Assembly: GCF_009914755.1 (NCBI RefSeq)
Contig: NC_060925.1
Direction: 5' to 3' (one strand)
From: the human T2T-CHM13v2.0 reference genome, Homo sapiens
DNA length: 64,000 nucleotides
The position numbers and the translations under genes were made by a program. Below the pieces are notes generated by a model. The model ran no database searches. It was not told the DNA's origin and was given only the letters and a program-made list of their open reading frames with translations. Below, in pieces: positions 31,121 through 54,695 of the stretch. Each line of letters starts with the position of its first letter. The stretch's first letter is position 1.

Positions 31121-31690
31121 TGAAACCACATCGATAAACTTTATAAATTTAATCAGTGAAGAAGGGAGGGAGAGAAAGAAAAATAAACCAAGCTTGCAAC
31201 ACATTCAGCATTCATCAGGAGGTCTTCTTGCTCTCTGACCTGGTTCCTCATGGTTGCTGGCAGCCTACTGTTCCAAAATCATATAGACCTTAGATTACAG
31301 TTCCCCTTAACTTCCCTGCAGACAACGATTCAAGCATTGTAAAACATTAACTTTTTCATCTGAGATATTCTTTCAGGTTCTGCATGTCAGTGAAACTACT
31401 GATGCCAGCTGATCTGAAGGGCCATGCAATGCACCAACTCACCAAAGAATGCAGTTTCTACATCCTGTTGACTTCTTCCCTCTTACCACTACCCCAACTT
31501 TCCGGCCCCTTGCTATCCAGGATCCACTGGAAACCTTCAGTACTCCTTGGGGAGATGAATTTGAGGATCTCCTCCTAGCTTCTCATTCAGCCACCTTGTG
31601 ATCATTAAACTCTCTGCTGCAAACCCTGCTGTCTCAGAATATTGCTAAGCTACTGTGCAGCAGGCATAGGAACCTGATGGTCCTGTAATA
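31121..31690 (+). mobile_element. ERV1 solo LTR (LTR26-like)
   Basis: Starts TGAAACC..ATAAACTTTATAAA; ATTAAACTCT poly(A)-signal region; ends GGTCCTGTAATA. Confidence 0.65.
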
Positions 31691-31829
31691 AAGTCATGTC
31701 AAAATTACAAATGGAAGTGAGGGTGGAGCTGGTCAGGGTTGAGCTGGGTTTTTAATGGGAACCTGGGAGTGAAGCAAGACTTGCTGAACATGTTGGGGGT
31801 TATTGAGTGGGTGTAAGAGGAATCTATCT

Positions 31830-32455
31830 AACATTGCACTGATGCCCTTTTGGTTTTAATCCTTATGACCAAGTATGAGTCTTTCAAAACAATTTGTATA
31901 ATCCTCCTTATTTTTCCTTTCAAAACCTTCAACTTCCTTTATCTCCCCAAATAATCTCGCATCTATTGCCACTTCTTTGCTTACTTCATAATAAACTTTT
32001 TTTTTTACAGAGTCTTCTTTTCTGTTAAGTACACCATATATGTTGTTGCCACACAAGATGAATAACCTGGTTCTATGGACAGAAAGGGTCAAAAGGATCC
32101 CATTCCTCAACAGCTGGGGGTGATGTAAAGGTCATGGTTATTCTTTGTCATATCTGCACCTGCATATTGCCAGTGAAAACTTGCAGGTCACATTGGGCAG
32201 GCTTCCAAATTCACCACCTGTGGAAGGTCTTTTGCTTGGCTTACATCCTGTCCCTGAGTAAAGAGTCTGATCGTGAGTTCATGAGTGCTTCAAACTCTAC
32301 AAGTATTGATGAAGGCTTCCACCCACTGACAGTGAGAAGGCACTGATTTGATGCTGATCATGAAGTTCTGCTGGTTGTCTTGCAAGGAATATGTTTTATT
32401 CTTTTATCTTGTCATCTAAAGCCAATGATTGTAACCTCTGTTTGTACCTTCCAAT
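31830..32455 (+). mobile_element. Degenerate ERV1 LTR fragments (MER34/LTR48-49 group?); paralog near 43920-44550
   Basis: AATAAAC-T-run-ACAGAGTCT LTR-end-like motif and GCCAGTGAAAA...GGTCA motif; family uncertain. Confidence 0.35.
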
Positions 32456-32554
32456 GGAAAAAACAAAAACAAAAACTCAACTCTATTTGACCCTTGTCAG
32501 GTCAATAAAACAAAAGAAAATTTAAAAAAATAATTGATAGGAGGAGTTCCTTTC

Positions 32555-34001
<1,447 letters not shown>

Positions 34002-34049
34002 TAAACTCATCACTTTTAATACTTTCTACATCACATGAGGAAGAAGAGC

Positions 34050-35030
<981 letters not shown>

Positions 35031-35049
35031 GTAAGGGGATCTCCCCCAT

Positions 35050-35915
35050 AAAAAACCAACAGAAAATAATGGATGCTATGAAGAATATGGAGAAATGAGA
35101 ACCCTGGTACAACATTGGTAGTTATGTAAATTCGTACAGCTACTAAGGAAAGCAGTATGGAGTTTCCTCCAAAAAATAAAAATAGGATTACCACATAAAC
35201 CATAAATCCCACTGCTGGATATATATCCAGAAAAAAAAAAAGAAATATATCCAGGAGATATCTACACTACCATGTTGGTCAGGCTGGTCTCGAACTCCTG
35301 ACCTCAAGTAATCCACCTGCCTCAGCCTCCCAAAATTCTGGGATTACAGGCATGAGCCACTGCACTCAGCTTGCACTCTCCTATTTATTGTAGCACTATC
35401 CACAATAGCCAAAATTTGGAATCAACATAAGTGTCCATCAACAGATGAATGGATCAAGAAAATGTGGTAAATATACACAACAGAATATCATTGAGCTGTA
35501 AACATGAAGGAAATCCTGTCATCTGCGACAACATGGATGGAACTGGAGGGCGTTATGTTGAGTGAAGTAAGCCAGATACAGAAAGACAAACATGGCATGT
35601 TTGCACTCATATTTGGGAATTAAAAAACACGAAACTTAAAAATAGTAAAATGACGGTTATCAGAAGCTAGGAAGGGTACTGGGAAATAGAGAATAAGAAG
35701 GGGATGGTTAATGGGAACAAAAACACAGACAGGAATAAGATCTAGGGTTCAGTAGCACAATAGGGCAACTCGTGTTGACAATAGTTCATAGTAAATTTCT
35801 ACATAATTAAAACAATGGAATTGGAATGTTGCTAACACAAAGAAATGATAAATTCTTGAGATGGTGGCTATTCCTGTTACCATGATTTGAACATTACACA
35901 TTTTATGCTTATATC
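35050..35915 (+). mobile_element. L1MA-type 3' end interrupted by an Alu fragment
   Basis: AGTGTCCATCAACAGATGAATGGA, ACATGGATGGAACTGGAGG, ACACAAAGAAATGATAAAT. Confidence 0.8.
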
Positions 35916-35924
35916 AGAATTTCA

Positions 35925-36141
35925 GGCCAGGTGCAGTGACTAATGTCTACAATCTGAGCACTTTGGGAGGCTGAGGTGGATGGTTTGCCTGAAGTCAGGA
36001 GTTCAAGACCAGCCTGGTCAACATGGTGAAACCCCCGTTTCTACAAAAAATACAAAAAATAGCCAGGCATGGTGGCGGGTCCCTGTAGTTCCAGCTACTC
36101 AGGAGGCTGAGGCAGGAGAATTGCTTGAACCCAGGAGGCAG
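35925..36141 (+). mobile_element. 3'-truncated Alu
   Basis: Stops after GAACCCAGGAGGCAGA. Confidence 0.85.
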
Positions 36142-36225
36142 ATTTCTAGAGACTTCTGATGTATAAATGTCTAAAACAGGTTGATCAATCATGGAAGACA
36201 CCAGAAAGTTTCCATTCAGGTTCCA

Positions 36226-36231
36226 TTTATT
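36226..36231 (-). terminator. Probable PRAMEF10 polyadenylation signal
   Basis: AATAAAtggaacctgaatgg on - strand, homologous to the PRAMEF2 site. Confidence 0.5.
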
Positions 36232-36452
36232 TTTGACATTTTTAAATAACCATCCTTGCAGGGGTAAGTCCTGCATCACTCTAGAACTTCAGGTTCCATT
36301 TCTAAGTCTAGGACACAGGTCCCTGAAGGCCTCATTGATGCCAAGTCAGCATTTTTACCCAGTCCTGCCCCTGGCTGAGTCACCTTTGTTTTTCCACTCA
36401 CAGTGAGCACGTGCCTCAAATACGTGGCTGTGTGCTTCCTTTAAGAAGCGGC

Positions 36453-36801
<349 letters not shown>

Positions 36802-36882
36802 TTAAAAAATGCACCCATGTACAATATTTTAGTTCCCAAGTGTCCAGAAGAAAGCTTATCCATCCCACGAACCAGGCCTTCC

Positions 36883-37441
36883 CTAGGAGCAAAGATGGAA
36901 GTCCACTTTCTCAGATGGCCATGAGCCACAGTTAGGGCAAGGGACGGGACCAAAGAAGATCCTCTTGGGCTGCCTGACTTCCCTGAGTGTACGCATCAGC
37001 TCAGCCCGAATTGGGGTGAGGATCTCCCAATTGACATGACCCTTGTAGTCAAGACTCTCCAGAGGGGCAGGATACAACTCCAGGCCTAACTTGCTCAGCC
37101 CACGTGTGTGACGCAGCAGGTCTTTCAGAGCATTCATGGAGGTCTCATTTCCATGAAAGTTGAAGGTGGTGAGCTGGGAACAGTGGCTCAGGGCAGGCAG
37201 GAGGACCCTGAGTTGGGGGTCCTGGATCCGACAGTCCTTTAAGACGAGGGTCTTGAGAGTAGCAGCAACTTTCTCCAGCAGAACTCCAAGGGGCTCAAGA
37301 TGGGTGGTCCACATTAGGATATGAATCAGACGCAGCTCCTTTAGCTGACTGAGGCTTGGGTACTGAGACAGACACTCCATGTCCCGATCAGTTAGGTAAG
37401 CATCACTGAATATAAAGGCCCCCAAGGGGTTCTTGAGGTAC
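36883..37441 (-). CDS. PRAMEF10: PRAMEF10 coding exon 3
   Basis: Acceptor ctccccAG; [12 protein letters not shown]...VPCPNCG...HLCS*; 559 nt; total 1425 nt = 474 aa + stop. Confidence 0.88.
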
Positions 37442-37899
37442 CTGGGGAGAGCAAGAAGTTAGTTATGGGCAATGGTGCCAGTTAGAGGAGGGGGGTGGGA
37501 AATCATCTCAATGGTAAACTTGAAGTGGGCATTGAGTAATTCTGCACCTTACTACCACACAGGTGTTATAGTAACTGCAATGGGGAAGCCTGTTTCACCC
37601 AAACACAAGTTTGTTCCCATCATCAGATGATGGTCTGCATGCAAGGTGCTGCCTGATGAAGACTCAGATCATTCAGGGGCCACTCCATTTTAGGCTCAGT
37701 CCTTTCACCCTTGCCTGTGTGATTGGTACCACTCTCACACCTAGTCCCTCACCCTCCATCCCAGAAGCATGCACTTCTGATATCAATTATCTTTCCTGGA
37801 GTTCAAAACAACGTTTTACAGACAGGGAATTAGAGCAGTTTGCTAAGCTGCTGAAGACAGAGCTGCTACTGTGGAATGCACAGGTTTGATGTACTTTCT

Positions 37900-38180
37900 C
37901 TTTTTTTTTTTTTGAGACAGTCTCACATTGTAACCTAGGCTGGAGTGTAGTGGCACCGACTCAGCTCACTGCAGCCTCCACTTCCCTTGCCTCAGTCTCC
38001 CAAGCAGCTGGGATTACAGGTGCCTGTCTGCATGCCCGGTGACATTTTTTTTTGTATTTTTAGTAGAGACGGGGATTCACTGTGTTGGCCAGACTGGTCT
38101 CAAATTCCTGACCTCATGATCTCCCTGCCTTGGCCTCCCGAAGTGCTGGGATTACAGGCATGAGACACCACAACCGGCCA
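37900..38180 (-). mobile_element. Alu in PRAMEF10 intron 3
   Basis: Antisense Alu motifs. Confidence 0.88.
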
Positions 38181-38552
38181 CACCTTCCCTTCTTTCATAC
38201 CATCCTCTGTATGAAGAATGTGTTTTCATCATATTAACTTTATACACTGTTCCTCACAAGGAGTTCACAAATGCACCCTCACTAGATCTGAACCCTCAAC
38301 TAACCGGCTCCCTACACACCTCTCTCTGTGGCATCTACCCCAGGCCATCCCTCTGCCCTTATTTGAGTGGTCTTGTGATACCCATTTCAGGATATAGAGC
38401 ACTGAAGAGCATAATGAGTTGACATTCTAGCGTCCCATTCCCTATGACATCACCGGTGGCTGGCACACAGTAGATGCCCACTAACATTTACTGTGAAAAA
38501 GAACATAAGTCTGTGGTATGGTCTGCAGAGAAAGCTCACCATCATTTCTTAC

Positions 38553-39131
38553 CTGAGCAGGTGCTCCAGGTGCTCTTTGATATTACTGATCTTTTTTATA
38601 TAAAGCATCTGGGGGTAGTACAGGCAGAGGAATGGAGAGTCCAAGTCAGGAATGCACGGCCACTGGACGCTCACGTACAACTCACGCTCATAACCGAAGG
38701 CTAAAAAGAGTTCACGAAGATTGCTCATCTGGCTCAGGTAAGGGGCAAACTTTCCCGTTTTATTGAGAGAGCACTTTTTCCAGACTTCCAACTCCTGGAT
38801 ACTGTCTGGGTATATCCTTTCCAATAGATTTCTGAAACTTGAAGTGGGCATTGAGTAATTCTGCACCTTACTACAACACAGGTGCACTAGGCCTCTTCTG
38901 TAGTGGATCCACCCAAAAAGGTAGCTCAGGCATTCATCCAGTGTACTTTCCTTTAGGCAGAGGTCTATGAACACCTTCAAGGGCTGGTGCTCTCCCATCC
39001 TTGGACAGTCCTCCACTGTCTGCCTCTTACTCATGGCCTCTGGGGAGCAGGAGAGGACCCTGGCTCCAGACCATATGGTCCAGAAATTCTCATCAACATC
39101 CCGCAAATCCAGCACTTGAAGTTTCCACCTC
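38553..39131 (-). CDS. PRAMEF10: PRAMEF10 coding exon 2
   Basis: Acceptor ctcacAG; [17 protein letters not shown]...HLEHLLR; donor GTAAGA; 579 nt. Confidence 0.88.
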
Positions 39132-39527
39132 CTGTGAGTAACATAGGGGAAAAGCTCAGAATGTAGGCAAGGACCCACCCCTGACCTGAGCTTTCACTCC
39201 ACATCCAGGACATCAGTCAGCTGCTCCTGTCCTCAGTGCTCCTCCTTCTGTCTCTTCTCCATCCTGCTCCCTCTTGGATTCTGCCTGGTACCCACTTCTA
39301 GTACCTTTACTTTCTGCTGGGAGGAAACAAGCTCCTGTTTCCTCAGTGGACCCTGTATGGTGAGCAGACCTTTTCCAGAGGATCTGGGCAATGGCCAAGG
39401 CCTCTCATGGGCACCGTCAGAAGCCTCTGAGCCACCCTAGCTCCCCAACCCCACCACTCCTCCTGAGCCAGCTGTCCCTTCCCTGGATGCCTGGACCCTT
39501 CCCCGAAAGCCACCTGAGTCACCTCAC

Positions 39528-39814
39528 CTGGGGCGAACCTTCTGGGCCACCAGTGTATCAAGTCCCCTCAGGACAGCTTGCAAGGTCTCCAGATGAAGTG
39601 TCTTCATCAGGGATCCCAGAGGGAGGCTGAGGAAGGGCCAGGCCTGCACCATCAGCTTCAGGGCCTCAAAACGTCTCATGCTGAAGGCCTCCATGAACAT
39701 CAGAGGGAAGACCTCCCTGGGCAGCTCATCCAGGGTGAAGATGGTCAAGAACTGGTTCCTCAGCAGGCTCTGCCCTGCCAGCTCCAGCAGTCTGGATGGG
39801 GCCTGGAGGCTCAT
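39528..39814 (-). CDS. PRAMEF10: PRAMEF10 coding exon 1
   Basis: [28 protein letters not shown]...KVRPR; donor GTGAGG; 287 nt. Confidence 0.88.
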
Positions 39815-40134
39815 TCTGACAAATCTCCGAGGAAAAACTCTAGAGGACAATCAAGTGAAAAGGCAAGTTTCTCGGGCCATTCCCCAGCAAGCCCCACTTC
39901 TCCTAGGGCCAAAGTCATTTCTCTAGCACGTGTGAAAGAGCCCTCAGTTTACTCCAATTCCGTTCTGCAATAAGTGGCTACAGAGGCATGGTTCTGCCCT
40001 TCTGGTACCAAGAAGAGTGTGTCCCAACCTCTAAAGAGCAGGCAAGATCCTTCCTAGTCCATGAATTATTAGCCACTGTTGCAATAAACTCATAGCACTG
40101 GGAAATGTTACCGAGGATCTCTGAAGCTCGGATC

Positions 40135-41957
<1,823 letters not shown>

Positions 41958-42182
41958 CCTTCAAGAATTTTGAAATGACATAAACCAAAGCACAATCCAA
42001 TTTTTTGAAATAAAGACAAAACTGCATTTAAAGGAAAAAATGCAAAGCTTCAAATTGTTCATATGAGAAAAAAAACAAAACAGGATATAACTCTATGCCA
42101 TCTTAGGCTGCACTGTCACCATCCCAGACCAGCTGACTGTAGGTCAGTTGGGAGTGTCCTTACAGAGAGATTAGTGACTTAC

Positions 42183-42260
42183 CAGATCTGGACTCAGTTT
42201 GGAGGGTGCTCAGACCTCAGGAAGAACTAAGCAGGAACTCCAGGCTTGAAGACTTTGGGT
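42183..42260 (-). other. PRAMEF10: PRAMEF10 non-coding exon 1 (start approximate)
   Basis: Donor CTG|GTAAGTCAC at 42183/42182. Confidence 0.65.
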
Positions 42261-42280
42261 CTCTTCTGTGGGTCTTTAGA

Positions 42281-42440
42281 AGCTTTTATTGACCTTTCTA
42301 ATCACAACTCCCACCCACACCCCTCCACGTATCCACTGCTAGCTTCCAATCAACAAGTGATATCTGATTGCATTTCTGAAGCTCCACCCAGTTAATCCTG
42401 ATTGGGGTTTTGGCTCTCCCCAGATTAATGGATTGAATCA
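42281..42440 (-). promoter_or_regulatory. PRAMEF10 promoter with TATA-like and DUX4-like motifs
   Basis: AATAAAAGCT at the TATA position (42281-42290); TGATTGCATTT 42365-42375, TGATTGGGGTT 42399-42409, GGATTGAATCA 42430-42440. Confidence 0.65.
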
Positions 42441-42534
42441 GATATCCATTCATATCAGATATCCATATTAAGTTCATGAATCAAGAAATTGACAGTGTTA
42501 GGGATAGGGTGGGAATCAAGAATGCATTCATTCA

Positions 42535-42830
<296 letters not shown>

Positions 42831-43197
42831 TCATTCATGAACTTCACAAACACTGATGGAATTTCACTAATATGTGACCTGCATAGTCCTGAGTCTGAAG
42901 CAGGGAAGGGTCTAATCTTTCCCAGATATTAGACAGAAAACTAAAATCTGAAAGTAGTATTGTTGGGAGATCTTTGGCCACATCAAAATCACAAAAATGT
43001 TTTATAGTTAAAATAGCTTTATAAAAACAGAGGAGTCGTCCCTACAAAATCAAAATAAAAATCTCCATGTATTCAATGGTCTTGTGGGTTTTATATCACC
43101 TAAGGTAGCAATTTTTTCACTCCTGCTGGTGGAAGAGAGGTGCCACTGAGGACCTGAGTGGTCTCAGGGCTTAGGTTAAGGCTACTCTGGAAGAAAT

Positions 43198-43773
43198 TGC
43201 AACCATACTTATAAACTTTATAAATTTAATCAGTGAAGAAGGGAGGGGGAGAAACAAACATAAACCAAGCTTGCAGTGCATTCAGCATTCATCATGAGGT
43301 CAGCTTGCTCTCTGACCTGCTTCCTCATGGTTGCTGGCAGCCTGCTGTCCCAAAATCATGTAGACCTTAGATTACAGTTGCCCTTAACTGCCCTGCAGAC
43401 AACAATTTAGGCCTTGTAAAACATTAACTTTTTCATTTGACATATTCTTTCAGGTTCTGCATGTCAGTGAAGCTACTGATGGCAGGTGATCTGAAGGGCC
43501 CTGCAAGGCACCAACTCACCAAGGAATGCAGTTTTGACATCCTGATGACTTCATACCTCTTACTGCCACCAAACTGCACCAACTTTCCAGCCTCTTGCTA
43601 TCCATGATCCTCTGAAAACTCTCAGTACTTCTTGGGGAGATGAATTTGAGGGTCTCCTCCCAGCTTTTCATTTTGCCACCCTGTGATCGTTAAACTCTCT
43701 GCTGCAAACCCTGCTGTCTCAGAATATTAGTATGCTACTGTGCTGCAGGCATAGGAACCTGATGGTCCTGTAA
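43198..43773 (+). mobile_element. ERV1 solo LTR (LTR26-like), duplicated copy
   Basis: Paralog of 31121-31690. Confidence 0.65.
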
Positions 43774-45866
43774 AAAAAGTCATGTCAAAATTACAAAGGG
43801 AAGTGAAGGTGGAGGCTGGTCAGGGTTGAGCTGTGTGTTTTAATGGGATCCGGGGAGTGAACCAAGACTTGGTAAACATGTTGGGGGTTATTGAGGGCGT
43901 GGAGGAGGAATCTTTCCAACATTGCACTGAGGCCCCCTTGGTGTTGATACTTGTGACCAAGAATGAGTCTTCCAAAACAGTGTATGTAATTCTCCTGATT
44001 TTTCCTTTCAAAACCTTTGTCTTCCTTTACCTCCCTGAATAATCTCACATCTATTCCCATTGCTTTGCTCATTTCATAATAAAAATCCTTTTTTTTTTTA
44101 AAAGAATCTCTTTCTCTGTGAAGTAGACCATATATTTTATTGCCACACAAGATGAGTAGCCTGGTATTATGGAGAGAAAGGGTCAAAAGGATCCCATTCC
44201 CCACCAGTTGGGGGTGATATAAAGGTCCTGGTTATTATTTGTCATATGTGCACCTGCATATTGCCAGTGAAAACTTACAGGTCACATTTTTCAGGAGTCC
44301 AAATTAACCACCTGTGGAAGGTCTTATGATTGGCTTACATTCTGTCCCTGAGTAAAGAATCTGATCTTGAGTTCATGAGTGCCTCAAACTCTGCAATTAT
44401 TGATGAAGCTTCACCCACTTACAGTGAGAAGGACACTGATTTGATTCTGATCATGAAGTTTCACTGGTTGTCTTGCAAGGAAAATGTTTAACTTGTTATG
44501 TTGTCAGCTAAAGTCAATGATTGTAACCTCTGTATTGTACCTTCCAATGGAAAAAACAAAAACAAAACAAAAACTCAACTCTATTTGAGCCTTGCCAGGT
44601 CAGTAAAACAAAAGAAAATTAAAAAAAAAAAACTGATAGGAGGAGTCTCATTCCCTTCTTTTAACTTTTCTCACAAAAGCATTCCAACTTGTAACAGACT
44701 TTGGAACACACCCACTTTGTTGGTCTGTGTCTTCCACATTGATTCTCACATTTAGCTTCCAATGAAGATTTATTTAATTATTTCTGCCTTAAGCGCCTTA
44801 CCTTCCACTGACACCAGGTTGCATGGTGACAGTTTGAACTGGGGTGGGATGAAAAAATATTTTTATGAATTTTATTAAATAATCCTTGCATGTCATCTCC
44901 ATTGAAGAATGAATAGGGTCTTCTCCAAATATGTGCTGAGTATGGATGCATCCAATAAATGAAACTATTGTTTATTTCATATAGTAGAGCTATAGATGCA
45001 TTCTATTTGCCTCGAGTTTCCAATGAACAAATGTCTAGTTTCAGTAAGTTCTCTGATTATATGGCAGAGGATAACATGGTCATGTTCTGATTCTGTGTCT
45101 ATGTCAATACTTATAGCATTTCAGTCTTCATAATGTGTGTCAAATGAAAGAGTTTGATTCTAGGGGGAGTCTGGGACACTACCTAGATTAGACCCGGTTA
45201 CACTAATGTTTCCTATGCATGGAGATAAGTTACAAGTAATGAAATCAACAATAGTCATAGGCCACCCATTTGCATCTATAGCTTCTGCTCAGTGCCAAGT
45301 CATTTAATTATCAATATTAACCAACCGTGTGTGAGAGCAGGTTCTACTATTAGTTGTGATCCTTCCCATTCATCTAAATGACTCCATAGCCAGTAATTGC
45401 TTTGGTTAGTGAGAATGGCTAAATTTTGAATAGGAGAACTTAGAAAGTGTTTGCTTTGACTGGTGAAAGTACGTAACAAAATAAAATGTAGGCTTGATCA
45501 CTTTGTGTTAATACAAAACAAAACCAAGTCTCAGTCAATGGAAGGAGATCAAATGGAGTTTTGTCCCATTTTCTTAAAAAAGCTGTCTACCATGTGATGA
45601 TGTCTGCTTCTAAGAAAGACTTTGTTCCTTGGTTATCCTTAATTTTAAGTCACCTGGTATGGTCCCATCCAATGCTGCTCATGGGCAGATTTCCCTTGGT
45701 GTCATTTTAAAAGATGCAGTCTCCAAATGGTAGGGCATGAAGGTCCAGTGATCATCGAAACCCTCCTTCACCAACTGGAAATAGGCTTTGAAAGGTCTTG
45801 CAGTACTGAGTCATATTGTTACTGAACGATGGGCTCACTCTCCTAAGTGCATAGAAAAGCAAAAAA

Positions 45867-47865
<1,999 letters not shown>

Positions 47866-48267
47866 CTAAACCTGTCTCCCCAATCTGGGGATGGTGGAGC
47901 AAGCTTGCATCATCTTTCCAACTGGTTTCAGATGATGCCAATTCAAACAGTCCTCCTGGCTGTGTTAATAGTTAAGAGGTTAAACCTTTTTCCCATCGGA
48001 CATGCCTGAGCAATTTGGGCTTTGCGTCATCACCTGTAACAACTTAAGCAATGACTAATCTGTTGGAGTTGATCCTCTGGTTACATGATCAGAGCTAAAA
48101 AGTGCAGGGGATACATAATGTTCTATTATCAAAGGCATAGGTTCTCCAGTAAATACTTAATTATCAGTGTTTCTGATTGCAGTTGGTGAAAAAAAAATAC
48201 CTTATGGGGGATCTGGCTGTGTTTTCCCATAGGGGGTGGTAAAAATTTCATTAAAGTAATCCAGTCT

Positions 48268-48586
<319 letters not shown>

Positions 48587-49097
48587 TTAGCTAATTTTAG
48601 TTTCAAGATACCATTTCTTCACTCGACCTTTGTAGAATACCAAGGATAATGAAGTTAATGGTAGTGCCATTGGATCTGAAAAATCTTATCTGTGTGATCA
48701 CCTGCCCAGTAAACGGAGTTCTCCTACCACTGGAGATTTCTCCAGAGATGCCCCAGAAAGGAAACACATTTTATAACCATTTATTCACTATGGCTGTGGC
48801 ATCAGCCTTTCTAAAAAGGTAAGCTACAACCCATCCTGAAAACAGACACACAATCACAAGAATTGTAGCCTTTTTACATGGCTCACTGACATCATTGGTC
48901 CATGACATTCCCCTTTCTTGCAGCTATATGTGTGTATGTCTATCTATTCCTATCTATATCTATACTTAATTTTTATTACCATGATTCACTTCCACTCCCC
49001 TTTCCATAGATAGCCACTCTACTCTTTGACCTAGCCTTGAATTTGCATGTGACCTCTTAGAATATAAGTATATAGAAAGTATTTAGAATATATACTT

Positions 49098-54489
<5,392 letters not shown>

Positions 54490-54635
54490 AGAATATATAC
54501 TTGCATTTTGTGTGTGTATTTATTTTAATCCACGTATATGCTCTAGTGTATGGTGCTACAGAAGAGGGCCTGACAATTAATTGTCCAGTCCCAGACACTT
54601 TGGAGAGTGAAGAGACGTGTTGTTATAATTAATTG

Positions 54636-54695
54636 CTTTTTTTTTGGAGATGGAGTCTCACTCTGTTGCCAGGCTGGAGAGCAATGGTTCGATCC
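54636..54695 (-). mobile_element. Short Alu 3' fragment
   Basis: T-run followed by GAGATGGAGTCTCACTCTGTTGCCAGGCTGGAG. Confidence 0.7.
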
